Below are positions 36,898 to 47,062 of a stretch of 64,000 nt of DNA, piece after piece. This stretch comes from an uncultured Clostridium sp. (GTDB lineage Bacteria; Bacillota_I; Bacilli_A; RF39; UBA660): contig CAMIWC010000006.1 in the NCBI GenBank assembly GCA_946402315.1, forward strand, positions 812-64,811, written 5' to 3'. The notes beneath the pieces are model-generated. The model had not been told where the DNA came from. It saw nothing but the letters and a program-made list of their open reading frames with translations, and ran no database searches. The position numbers and the translations under genes were made by a program. Positions within the stretch are counted from its first letter, which is position 1, and each line of letters starts with the position of its first letter.

Positions 36898-38406
36898 ATG
36901 AAAGATGCTTTAATAGAAAAATATGATGAATTTAAAAACGTTTTAGATGTTATGCCTACTAACAATAAAGAAAATAAACAAAAAAAATATGAATTTATAA
37001 AAGAAGAAGAAAACTTTAATGAAAAGTTTCTTAAATTAGTAAATGAAGAAATAGAATTAAGAAAATCTAGAATAAATAATCTAGTAGTAAATGAAGTTAT
37101 TTCAGAAAAAGAAAATGAACTAAATGGTTTAACATCTTTATTGTGGAATGAATATAATACTTCATATGAGAAATTAGAATTAGATTATTACTTATATAAA
37201 TTAACTAATTATAAAGACAATTTATCTAGAGTAAATGAATGTATTAGAAAGATTATAGATAATTTTAATCATGTAGGAATAGAAATAACTAGTAAGATGT
37301 TTAATTACAATAGATACGTAAGAGAATACATTGATACAGTACTAACTACTACAGATGAAGAATTATTAAAGACTAAGTTCGAAGAATTATATTGGAAATA
37401 TCCAGAATTAATTAAAACATTAGAAATTAGTTTTAAAGGGATTTATCTAAAGAATCAAAAGACTATAGATAAGTTCTACGATGATAAATATGCTGCTTTC
37501 TTAGCTAATAACAATGTTAAAGAAATAAAGAATAATATTATTAATCTTAGTGATGAAATTAAAATTCTTAAGAATAGTGATCCTGCTTTAATATTTGAAA
37601 AGTTTAGAAATAAAGAATATGCATTAACTACTTATAGTGGAGTAGCTATAGACAAGAAAAAGACTAATTATTTTGGAGATAATTTTTCATATGATAATTT
37701 AGTTAAATTATATAAATCTTTAAAAGAGTACTATCTAATTACTAAGTATGATTATATTTTAAAAGATATGAAAACTAGACTTGAAAATAAAGATACATAT
37801 AAAGGTAAAATGGATGCTTGCTTAAAAGATTTATTAAAAGTAGAAACTAAAGTAATAGGTCTTTCTGGATTAGAAGAACAAAAGAGTAAGTTCCCATTTT
37901 TTAAAAAGAAAACAGTACAAGATGATAAGACTTTATTTGAGTATAAGAATGCTTTAAACGAACTAATTGCTAAGTATAATGAATTAGATGATTTAAGATT
38001 TAATGATATTATCTCTAAAAAACTTGAAAAAGATAGTTCTATCTTAAAAGTATTTAATTTAATATCTGGAAATTATTTATATTTCTTAAATAGAGTACTA
38101 GAAAATGTAGATGGTATTAGTGTTGATGAAGTAGATAGATTATTTGAAGAATTAAATACTGAGATTATTAGTAGTAATTTTTACTTATTAGATAATACAG
38201 CTTTACTTGATGAAAAACAAATGAAAGAGTTAATAGTAGATCGTTATCGACTTGATAATATTAATATAACTACTGCTGCTTTAGAGAAAGAAAATATAGA
38301 AGGTACTATGGAAGATATTAAGACTCTTCTTAAGTATGAAAATATGGTACGTTCTGGTATTAAGTTTGAAGATATAGAGTTTATCTTAGAGTGTGATAAA
38401 ATGTGA
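36898..38406 (+). CDS. Cytoplasmic all-helical K/E/N-rich protein of unknown function
   Basis: 502 aa with no signal peptide or TM segment and no catalytic motif. A palindromic terminator (gtgatttt/aaaatcac) follows. Confidence 0.5.
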   Translation: MKDALIEKYDEFKNVLDVMPTNNKENKQKKYEFIKEEENFNEKFLKLVNEEIELRKSRINNLVVNEVISEKENELNGLTSLLWNEYNTSYEKLELDYYLYKLTNYKDNLSRVNECIRKIIDNFNHVGIEITSKMFNYNRYVREYIDTVLTTTDEELLKTKFEELYWKYPELIKTLEISFKGIYLKNQKTIDKFYDDKYAAFLANNNVKEIKNNIINLSDEIKILKNSDPALIFEKFRNKEYALTTYSGVAIDKKKTNYFGDNFSYDNLVKLYKSLKEYYLITKYDYILKDMKTRLENKDTYKGKMDACLKDLLKVETKVIGLSGLEEQKSKFPFFKKKTVQDDKTLFEYKNALNELIAKYNELDDLRFNDIISKKLEKDSSILKVFNLISGNYLYFLNRVLENVDGISVDEVDRLFEELNTEIISSNFYLLDNTALLDEKQMKELIVDRYRLDNINITTAALEKENIEGTMEDIKTLLKYENMVRSGIKFEDIEFILECDKM

Positions 38407-38504
38407 TTTTAAAATCACATTTTTTTATTTGAATTTATATAATTTTGATGCAGTATATGATATAATAAATAATGGAATAATATAGAAAAGTAAGGATATA
38501 GGCT

Positions 38505-41500
38505 ATGCGTAAAAGAATTAGATTAAGAAAAGAAATATATGTAGTCTTTGGTATATTTATTACCATTCTTTTAGCATGGAAACTTTCTTCTACTTTAACT
38601 ACTAAAGTATCATCAGGAGCTTGGGATGGAGTAATTGCTACTTCATTTACTTCTGGTAATGGTACTGAAAATAATCCTTATATTATTAATAGTGCTGGAG
38701 AATATGCTTATTTTAAACAATTAATGGAATCAGAAGACGCTATATTATATGCTGATAAATATTATGAATTAAATATCAGTTTTGATTATAATGACTATGA
38801 TATTTCAATAAATAATACTGTTCCATTTAGTGGTACTATTGATGGTAAAAATAACTATATAACTAATGCTAAAGTAACTAATTCTATGTTTAATACTCTT
38901 GATGGAGCAACTATTAAAAACTTAGAACTAGATGATATAGAAGTAAATGTTACTGGAGAAACTGGTTCTTTATTTGCTTTATCTTCATCTAACAGTAATT
39001 ATTCATTCTTAATAGTAGAAGGTACTATTAGTATTGATGAAGAAAATGAAAATGTTACATCTATTTCTGGATTTATAGTTAGTGATAATGATTCTACTAT
39101 AGATAAAGTAATAGTTAATCCTAATTATAATAATATAAATAATGATTTAATTAGTTCGTTTATTACTAGTTCAAATAATACTACTATAGTAAATGCATTA
39201 GTTAAAGATGATGGATTAGATCTAATTAAAAATAATACTGAAACAGATATTACTAATCTTAATAGTTATGTAGTTGTAGGTAATGATATAGTACTTGATA
39301 TAGATTATTTAGATTCATATAAAACTGATAAATATGCAGTTGTAGTAGATGGTACAGAATTTAGTTTAAATATAATTGTTCCGGATACTTTAGGTAAGAT
39401 AGAAGAAAAAGAAATACCTAAATATACTCATTCTGTGACTAAAGGAGCTAGTTTTATTCCTTTACATGATTCTGGAGTAGATGGTACTACTGTATATGTA
39501 AATGATTTGGAAGCAGATTATAACTACTATATGGGTCTTAATTATACAACTAGTACTAATGGTAATGTACCTACACAAGTAAGCAAGAATCTATATAATA
39601 GTTCTAATTTAACTAAAGTACAAATAATTTATGATGGTGGGGATTTAGGAGTTAATAATACTGCTATTCATACTGGTAGAGTTTCTTATTTGTCTGGAGA
39701 AAATCATAATAAATTTGTTTATTATAAATACTACAAATATGATACAAGTAATAATACTTTAGATATAGAATTAATAGATAATCCGTTTTCTGGAAGACCT
39801 ACTGATATGGCTTTCAATGGATGGTATTCAGATGATTCTAATATAGAAGTATATCTTGATAAAACATTCTATGTATATCATGCAGTTATAAATGTTAATC
39901 CTAATACAGATTTCCAAGTTGTATCTTTAAGAGCTTCTTGGACTGGTGCTGATGTAGCTTATACATCTCAAAATAGTAATAACATTAATACAGCATTAGG
40001 TACTTTACCATCAGCTGGACTTAATGAATTAGATACAAAAGATGTTACTATTATTTATCATATTGATTTAGATAATTATCCAAACGGAGTTTATGTACAA
40101 AGAACTGTTAACTATAATGCTAGTCAAGCTGGATATTATAATTCTAGTGGCACTTTATTAACTGGAGTATGTACTACAAGAAGAGGATGTACTGTTTATG
40201 AAAGATTAACTAATGATACATATAACTCTAATACTACATACTATACTCTTGTAAATGGTACGATGAGATCTACTAATGTTGCTACTTATACAGAACAAAT
40301 AATTAATTATCATGATACTAATTACATAAATTTAAATATGGCTAATTTCTATGTAATGGATCATATAAATAATGGTGTATCTAGAAATGGATACTATGAC
40401 AGTAATGGTAATACATTAACTGGTAATTGTAATACTTATGCTGGATGTGATGTTTATCATAAGATTTTATATGATGAAACACATATTTATGATAGAGCTA
40501 ATACTTATTATTATTTAACTACTAGAGATACTAATATAGTTTATTTAAATAGTAGTAATACATCTACTTCTTGGACTAGTACTAAACCATTTACTTTAAC
40601 TAGTTATTATAATGGTACTGATTCTAGAAGTAATGCTTATTATGAATTAGGTACTTATAGTGGATATATAAAAGCTGTAGCTGATACAAGAATAGAGTTT
40701 ATTAGACTTTATTCAACTATGTCACATTCTAGTAATACTGTATCATCTACTAGTGGTACAACTGGTGGACTAATCTATGGTAATTCGAAGAATCTTAAAA
40801 TTGGTAGAGGATTAACTAGAAATGGTAACTATGTTAATGCTCGTATGGTATTAGGTACTACTAATACAGGAAATGAACAACCTAAATATCGTTTAATAGT
40901 AGAATCTGGTTGGTATAACTTTATGACTACTGGTGGTATTAATGGTAATTATACTTTATCTAGTTATGATATTACTGGTATTTATGGATCTGATTATGAT
41001 CGTGTTAAAAATGATAATAGTAAATTAGATGTATGGCATGCTTTATATGGTGATCGTGCCACAATTGTTAATTATGGAAACAATAATAATGATATTCATT
41101 ATACACAAATTGTTAAGAGTGGATTCTTTGGTTCACAATCAAGTTCTACAGGATACGCTACTGGTATATATGTAACATCTAACTCTAGTGGTGTTACTTA
41201 TAGTCCGATGGCTTTAATCGTTGAAGGTGGAAGAATCTGGGGTATTAATGGTGGACCAGGACCAGCTTCAGGAATGGGTAGTAGAAATGGAGCTTATATC
41301 TTTGTTAAAGGTGGTAATATTAATACTATCTTTGGAGGAGGAGCTTATCTTACTTCTTACTCATCACGTGTTATTCAAGTAACTGGTGGTACAGTAAATA
41401 ACTCTGTATTTGGTGGATCTAACGGATACATGTATGGTACAGGAAACGCTACTGGTACTAATGCAAGAGGAATTTTAAACGGAGATACATATTTATATAT

Positions 41501-44500
41501 TGGTGGTAATGCTACTATTGGAGTAAGTGGTTCTGATGAATTATATCTATCTGAAATAGGTTCAGTATTTGGTATTGGTAATGGTAGAGAAGGATATGAC
41601 TATATTGGTACTGCTGATAATTCATATATCATTATTGATGGAGAAGCTAATATTTTAAATAATGTTTATGCTGGTGGAAACCAAGGTGCTGTTGGATATG
41701 ATGCTAGTGGTACAGTTGTATCTAGTATCAAGATTCTAGGTGGAACTATTAATGGTTCTGTTTATGGAGCAGGAAACAATAATGGTGGAGGTACAACTAG
41801 TGTTACTAATAACTCTACTATAGAAATGAGTGGAGGAACTGTTGAAGGTTCTATCTATGGTGGAGCTAATATTCGAGGAGATTTATTTGGTACAGCTACT
41901 GTAACTATTAATAATGGAACAATAAATGGATCTGTCTACGGTGGTGGATATGGTCAAAATACAGGAGTTAGAAATAGTGTTGTAGTTAATGTTAATAATG
42001 GTACTATTGGTGGTTCCGTTTATGGAGGAAGTGCTTTTGGTACAGTTATAGGTCGTTATAATGGTAATACTGGATCAGGAACTGTTACAGTTAATGTTTC
42101 TAATGGATTAATTACTGGTAATGTATTTGGTGGAGGTATGGGAAGTAGTACACAAGAACCTCATACTTATGGAAATATTACTGTTAATATTAGTGGTGGA
42201 TCTATGTCTAATGTCTACGGAGGACATGACTTAAACGGAACAGTTACTACAACTGATACTATTAATATTACTGGTGGAACTATGGCCAATATTTTTGGTG
42301 GAGGAAATGAATCATCAGTAAATACTACAAATATAAATATGAGTGCTGGAATAGTTAATGGTTCAGTATTCGGTGGAAGTAATAATTTAGGTAATGTTAA
42401 TACATCTAATATAACTATTACTGGTACATCATCTATTGGTAATGTTTATGGTGGTAATAACTTAGGTGGTACTTTTGGAACATCTAATATTACATTTACT
42501 AATGGAACAATTACTAATTCTATTTATGGTGGTGGTAATCAAGTTGATAGTAATAGTACTAATATAACTTTAAATGGAGGTACTACTACTAGTGTCTTTG
42601 GTGGAGGTAAATCAGCCTCAGTTCTTAATAGTACTAATGGTGCTAATATAATTCAAAATGGAACTACTCTTAGTGTTATCTATGGTGGTTCTGATACTAA
42701 TGGTACAGTAGCTAAAGCAACTATTACTCATAATTCTGGTGATACTCCAATTATATATGGTGGTAATAATGCTGGTGGAAGCACTGCAAATACAATAATT
42801 AATTATGTAAGTGGTACAACTACTGATATCTATGGTGGAGGAAATAATGCCGAATCTGGAACTACTCAAGTAAATGTTCAAAATGGAAATATTGAAAGTG
42901 TTTTTGGTGGCGGAAATAATGCAGGAGCAACTTCTTCATCAGTAAATGTTATTAATGGTGATATTAGTTCTATTTATGGAGGAAGTAATAATTCTGGTAC
43001 AGTAAATACTACTTCAATAGGTATTGCTGGTGGAACAATAAGAGAAGTTTTTGGTGGAGGAAATCTTGCCTCAATAGGTAATAGTAATGTTGTTTTAAAT
43101 GGTGGAACAGTTCGTAATCTATATGGTGGAGGAAATATGGCTTCTGCTAATAATACAAATATAGATATGAATGCTGCTACTGTTAACAATAACTTATACG
43201 GTGGAGGAAACTTTGGTACAGTAAGTGGCTCTACTTATGTAAATATTAATAATGGACGTGTTAAAGGTAGTGCTTATGCTGGAGGAAATGGTGCTAGTGC
43301 TGTTGTTTCTGGTAACACTATTATTGAAATAGGTGGTACTAGTGTAATTGGTACAGAGACTGAAACTAACTTAATTCTTTCATCAGTCTTTGGTGGAGGA
43401 AATGCTGCTAATACTGGTACTACCGGAAATACTTCATATGCTATTGTAAATATTTCTGGTGGTACTATTTACGGAAATGTTTATGGTGGAGCTAATACAG
43501 CTGTAATAAATGGTATCGCAGAAGTTCGTATAGGTAAAAATGCTATTACTTCTAAGTCTATATACAATACATTAACTACTACTAAATCAGATATTACTAT
43601 TAATGGTACTATCTTTGGTGGAGGAGAAGCTAATGCTGAAGGTTCTGAAATATTCGACTATGACGCTATTAGTGTTACTGAAGGAATAGATATTACTATT
43701 GATGGTAGTGAACATACAAATCTTAATTTATATGGATCTATATTTGGTTCAGGAGATGCATCTCGAAGTGATGGTTATAGTTATATTACAATTAAGAATT
43801 ATGGAGACTTTGATAATCCACATCGTAACTTATCTATTCAAAGAACACAAATACTTACAATAGATAATTCTAATATTCTTCTTATTGGTCAAAAAGATAG
43901 AACTAATGAATATTCAGATGTACTATTCTCTTTATCTAGAATTAATGATTTAAAACTTGTTAATAATTCGGCTTTATTCTTAGAAGAAGGTACTAACTTA
44001 TTAGAGAAGTTTGAATCTTTAGATTCTAATGGTAATAAAGCTAGTGTAACAATAGATGTGGATAATAAAACTATCAACAGAACTGTGGATAATCGTTTAT
44101 ATGTACTTGAAGGTAAGATAGTAAATGTTGCTTTAGACCAACAAGTAACTGACTATGGTGAAGTAAGTGGTATGACTTTCTTTGGAATGTATAAGCATGG
44201 TGGAGGAAATACACTTAACTTAGGTATATATAAGAAGAATATTGGCTTTAATTCAACTCTTAATTTAGGAGATTTACCTGCTAAAGGAAGTTATGTATTG
44301 GGTCTACATAAAGCTAATCATAATATTGAAGAAGATGGATTCTATAGTAATTTCCAAGATGGAGATGATTCCTCTACTGATTGTAAAATAGATTATATTG
44401 AACCAACTCCAGAAGCATCAACATATTATATGTGGATTATTGGAGAAGCAGTTATTGAATATAATATTGATTTAGTCGCATCTAAGTATTCTACATTAGG

Positions 44501-46352
44501 TAGTTTGGAACTTGCTTTCTTAGAGTTCCCTAATCCAAATACATCTTTCCAAATACTTGGATTTGATTCATCTGGATTAGAAACGGGAATAAATTTACTA
44601 CCAGTAAATCAAGTACCTAAAATTGCTCAAACAGAACAAGAAGCTAATAGTAAGTTCGCTCTTACAATGTCTTCATCTAATACTGGTTGGTTAACTAATG
44701 GTACAACTACATTTGTAAGTTCTGGTTCAACATATAATGGAACTACTTATTATGTAGGAGATAATACTAATGACGTTCCTTCTATGTTATTCCAACTATA
44801 TCACTCAAAGAATTTAACAGTAGATCAAGATATGGGAACTGTAGTTATTCAATTGATGGCAATTGAAAAAATTAATGCTCTTGAAAGCGAAACCAAAAGG
44901 GTAGTTATAAATGTAAATTTATCAACAGATATTTATACTGATATTAACTATGAGGGAGCTATGACTCCTGGAGATAAATATGATATTTTCCCTTCAACCG
45001 CAACTAATATTACTGATAAATCTAAATTTAGTGCTTATTTTTCATTGTTTGTAACAGATGAAGAATTCTATACAAAGAAATGTACTACTGGAGATTGTTA
45101 TAGAGCTTTGATAAGTACTTATGCTCTACCTGAAAATACAAAAATAACTATGATAGATAAATCATCAGATCAAGTTAATTATTATTATTATATTGTCACT
45201 CCAGAAAAATACCAGGACGCTTTAGATGATATAAGTATAGATGGAGAGACTTCATATGAACTATCAAGATTTTATCCTATGGGAACTGCGGTAGCAACAA
45301 CCCATTATAGTGATATTTTTTCTACTCAATCTTATATTCATGATGGGTTAATAGAAGAGGAATTTATCTTTATTTTTGATTTTAAAGATACAGAGATAAC
45401 TGGTAATCAACTAAATAAAGCATTATCATTCGAACTTAAATCAGGAACTAATACTGTTACCTCGGTATTAGGAATTGAACGTGATAATTTAAAGTTTAGT
45501 TTGTATGATGATGTAGATACAAGTCTTGAAATGGATGCAGAATTAGATGCTACACCATTATATGTTTCGAAGACAGGTAATATTACTTTAGATATTGCCC
45601 CTAAAACATTAAAACAAGGTTCTATTAATATTTATAATACTGAATACTTTGATTATAAATCAGGTATTAATATTAGAGTAAAAAATAGTAATAATGAATA
45701 TGTTAGTGGAAGTGCTTTGACTGGAGTATATTTTACTATTGATAATTCTAATTATTATCCTGATGTTAATGGTGTTACAAGAATTAAGTTAAGTGATAAA
45801 GTAGGTAGTGTTGAGAAATTAGTAAATGTTAATTTAGAAAACTCTTTATTGCCAACTGGTACTTATTCTTTTGAAATAACTGCCTTTACATCCATTGACG
45901 GAATATATTATAGTAATACTAATCTTGTTACTAAGGATATAATTACCCCTATTATTAATAGTACGTATGGATTAAAAGTAGATTTAGATGATGAATCAAT
46001 TATTTTAGAAACAGGAAAAGCTAATACTTTAACTGGTACTATTAACTATACTTCTTTATTAACTAATCCTAATATTAGAATAAGAATGTATAGAAGAAAT
46101 TATAATGAAATATATGATACTACTTATACTCAAGTAGATGTAGGTGACTATATATCTAGTCCTCTAGTACATACTACTAATCAAAAAGAATATTATATAA
46201 CTCAAGCACCAGCTAATATAATTAACATAAGTTATGATTTTAAAACTAATCTAACTACTGGTACTTATAGATTAGACTTTGCATTATATGATAATAATGT
46301 AGAGATAGGTACTGTTTCTAAATATATTATTATTCATAAACCAGAAGAATAA
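38505..46352 (+). CDS. Giant (2615 aa) N-terminally anchored beta-solenoid surface protein / putative adhesin
   Basis: N-terminal signal anchor (VVFGIFITILLAWKL). One Listeria-Bacteroides-type unit (MAFNGWYSDD). Dozens of units of about 20 aa of the type [VI][YF]GG[GS]N...G (roughly nt 41200-43650). The C-terminal third is beta-rich and Ig-like. No LPXTG/NPxTG signal. Confidence 0.75.
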   Translation: MRKRIRLRKEIYVVFGIFITILLAWKLSSTLTTKVSSGAWDGVIATSFTSGNGTENNPYIINSAGEYAYFKQLMESEDAILYADKYYELNISFDYNDYDISINNTVPFSGTIDGKNNYITNAKVTNSMFNTLDGATIKNLELDDIEVNVTGETGSLFALSSSNSNYSFLIVEGTISIDEENENVTSISGFIVSDNDSTIDKVIVNPNYNNINNDLISSFITSSNNTTIVNALVKDDGLDLIKNNTETDITNLNSYVVVGNDIVLDIDYLDSYKTDKYAVVVDGTEFSLNIIVPDTLGKIEEKEIPKYTHSVTKGASFIPLHDSGVDGTTVYVNDLEADYNYYMGLNYTTSTNGNVPTQVSKNLYNSSNLTKVQIIYDGGDLGVNNTAIHTGRVSYLSGENHNKFVYYKYYKYDTSNNTLDIELIDNPFSGRPTDMAFNGWYSDDSNIEVYLDKTFYVYHAVINVNPNTDFQVVSLRASWTGADVAYTSQNSNNINTALGTLPSAGLNELDTKDVTIIYHIDLDNYPNGVYVQRTVNYNASQAGYYNSSGTLLTGVCTTRRGCTVYERLTNDTYNSNTTYYTLVNGTMRSTNVATYTEQIINYHDTNYINLNMANFYVMDHINNGVSRNGYYDSNGNTLTGNCNTYAGCDVYHKILYDETHIYDRANTYYYLTTRDTNIVYLNSSNTSTSWTSTKPFTLTSYYNGTDSRSNAYYELGTYSGYIKAVADTRIEFIRLYSTMSHSSNTVSSTSGTTGGLIYGNSKNLKIGRGLTRNGNYVNARMVLGTTNTGNEQPKYRLIVESGWYNFMTTGGINGNYTLSSYDITGIYGSDYDRVKNDNSKLDVWHALYGDRATIVNYGNNNNDIHYTQIVKSGFFGSQSSSTGYATGIYVTSNSSGVTYSPMALIVEGGRIWGINGGPGPASGMGSRNGAYIFVKGGNINTIFGGGAYLTSYSSRVIQVTGGTVNNSVFGGSNGYMYGTGNATGTNARGILNGDTYLYIGGNATIGVSGSDELYLSEIGSVFGIGNGREGYDYIGTADNSYIIIDGEANILNNVYAGGNQGAVGYDASGTVVSSIKILGGTINGSVYGAGNNNGGGTTSVTNNSTIEMSGGTVEGSIYGGANIRGDLFGTATVTINNGTINGSVYGGGYGQNTGVRNSVVVNVNNGTIGGSVYGGSAFGTVIGRYNGNTGSGTVTVNVSNGLITGNVFGGGMGSSTQEPHTYGNITVNISGGSMSNVYGGHDLNGTVTTTDTINITGGTMANIFGGGNESSVNTTNINMSAGIVNGSVFGGSNNLGNVNTSNITITGTSSIGNVYGGNNLGGTFGTSNITFTNGTITNSIYGGGNQVDSNSTNITLNGGTTTSVFGGGKSASVLNSTNGANIIQNGTTLSVIYGGSDTNGTVAKATITHNSGDTPIIYGGNNAGGSTANTIINYVSGTTTDIYGGGNNAESGTTQVNVQNGNIESVFGGGNNAGATSSSVNVINGDISSIYGGSNNSGTVNTTSIGIAGGTIREVFGGGNLASIGNSNVVLNGGTVRNLYGGGNMASANNTNIDMNAATVNNNLYGGGNFGTVSGSTYVNINNGRVKGSAYAGGNGASAVVSGNTIIEIGGTSVIGTETETNLILSSVFGGGNAANTGTTGNTSYAIVNISGGTIYGNVYGGANTAVINGIAEVRIGKNAITSKSIYNTLTTTKSDITINGTIFGGGEANAEGSEIFDYDAISVTEGIDITIDGSEHTNLNLYGSIFGSGDASRSDGYSYITIKNYGDFDNPHRNLSIQRTQILTIDNSNILLIGQKDRTNEYSDVLFSLSRINDLKLVNNSALFLEEGTNLLEKFESLDSNGNKASVTIDVDNKTINRTVDNRLYVLEGKIVNVALDQQVTDYGEVSGMTFFGMYKHGGGNTLNLGIYKKNIGFNSTLNLGDLPAKGSYVLGLHKANHNIEEDGFYSNFQDGDDSSTDCKIDYIEPTPEASTYYMWIIGEAVIEYNIDLVASKYSTLGSLELAFLEFPNPNTSFQILGFDSSGLETGINLLPVNQVPKIAQTEQEANSKFALTMSSSNTGWLTNGTTTFVSSGSTYNGTTYYVGDNTNDVPSMLFQLYHSKNLTVDQDMGTVVIQLMAIEKINALESETKRVVINVNLSTDIYTDINYEGAMTPGDKYDIFPSTATNITDKSKFSAYFSLFVTDEEFYTKKCTTGDCYRALISTYALPENTKITMIDKSSDQVNYYYYIVTPEKYQDALDDISIDGETSYELSRFYPMGTAVATTHYSDIFSTQSYIHDGLIEEEFIFIFDFKDTEITGNQLNKALSFELKSGTNTVTSVLGIERDNLKFSLYDDVDTSLEMDAELDATPLYVSKTGNITLDIAPKTLKQGSINIYNTEYFDYKSGINIRVKNSNNEYVSGSALTGVYFTIDNSNYYPDVNGVTRIKLSDKVGSVEKLVNVNLENSLLPTGTYSFEITAFTSIDGIYYSNTNLVTKDIITPIINSTYGLKVDLDDESIILETGKANTLTGTINYTSLLTNPNIRIRMYRRNYNEIYDTTYTQVDVGDYISSPLVHTTNQKEYYITQAPANIINISYDFKTNLTTGTYRLDFALYDNNVEIGTVSKYIIIHKPEE

Positions 46353-46423
46353 AAACTTCTATAAATTGATTATAGAAGTTTTTATATTGTAATAATTTTG
46401 TTATAATGAAATAGGTGATAAGT

Positions 46424-47008
46424 ATGGCAAAACTATATTTTAGATATGGTGCAATGAATAGTGGTAAGACAACTATTTTATTACAAGTTGCACACAATTA
46501 TGAAGAAAGAGGAATGAAAGTACTTATTCTTAAACCAGCTAAAGATTTAAAAGCAGAAAAACGTATTTCATCAAGATTAGGAGTAGAAAGAGAAGTAAAT
46601 TATTTAATTAAACCAGAAGATGATGTATATAAATTAGTTAATAAACATAAAAAAGATATATCTTGTGTATTAATAGATGAAGCTCAATTCTTAGAACCAA
46701 TTCAAGTAGATCAACTTATGAAAGTAACAGTGCTTTTAAATATACCAGTTATTGCTTATGGACTTAGAACTGACTTTAAAACAAATGGTTTTCCTGGTAG
46801 TACAAGATTGCTAGAACTAGCACATACTATAGAAGAATTAAAGACTATTTGTCGTTGTGGTAGAAAAGCTATATATAATGCTAGATATGTAAATGGTAAA
46901 ATAACTATTAAAGGAGAACAAGTAGCGATAGATGGAATGGATAATGTAACATATGAATCTGTTTGTCCTAAATGTTATTATGAGCAAATAAAAGATATTA
47001 AAGGTTAA
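46424..47008 (+). CDS. tdk: Thymidine kinase
   Basis: Start at ATG 46424 (MAKLYFRYGAMNSGKT, P-loop). Also VLIDEAQF, and the zinc ribbon CRCGRKA...CPKC. Confidence 0.95.
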   Translation: MAKLYFRYGAMNSGKTTILLQVAHNYEERGMKVLILKPAKDLKAEKRISSRLGVEREVNYLIKPEDDVYKLVNKHKKDISCVLIDEAQFLEPIQVDQLMKVTVLLNIPVIAYGLRTDFKTNGFPGSTRLLELAHTIEELKTICRCGRKAIYNARYVNGKITIKGEQVAIDGMDNVTYESVCPKCYYEQIKDIKG

Positions 47009-47062
47009 TAGTATGCTTAAATGCATACTTTTTTTATGTTATAATTAAATGGGGATGGTTGA

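Noticed and set aside
42618-44077. Minus-strand ORFs 42618..42881, 42974..43189 and 43889..44077 inside the giant adhesin gene
   Set aside because: They are the reverse complement of the GGxN repeat region. Repeats lacking stop codons on the opposite strand produce such frames, and there is no independent support.
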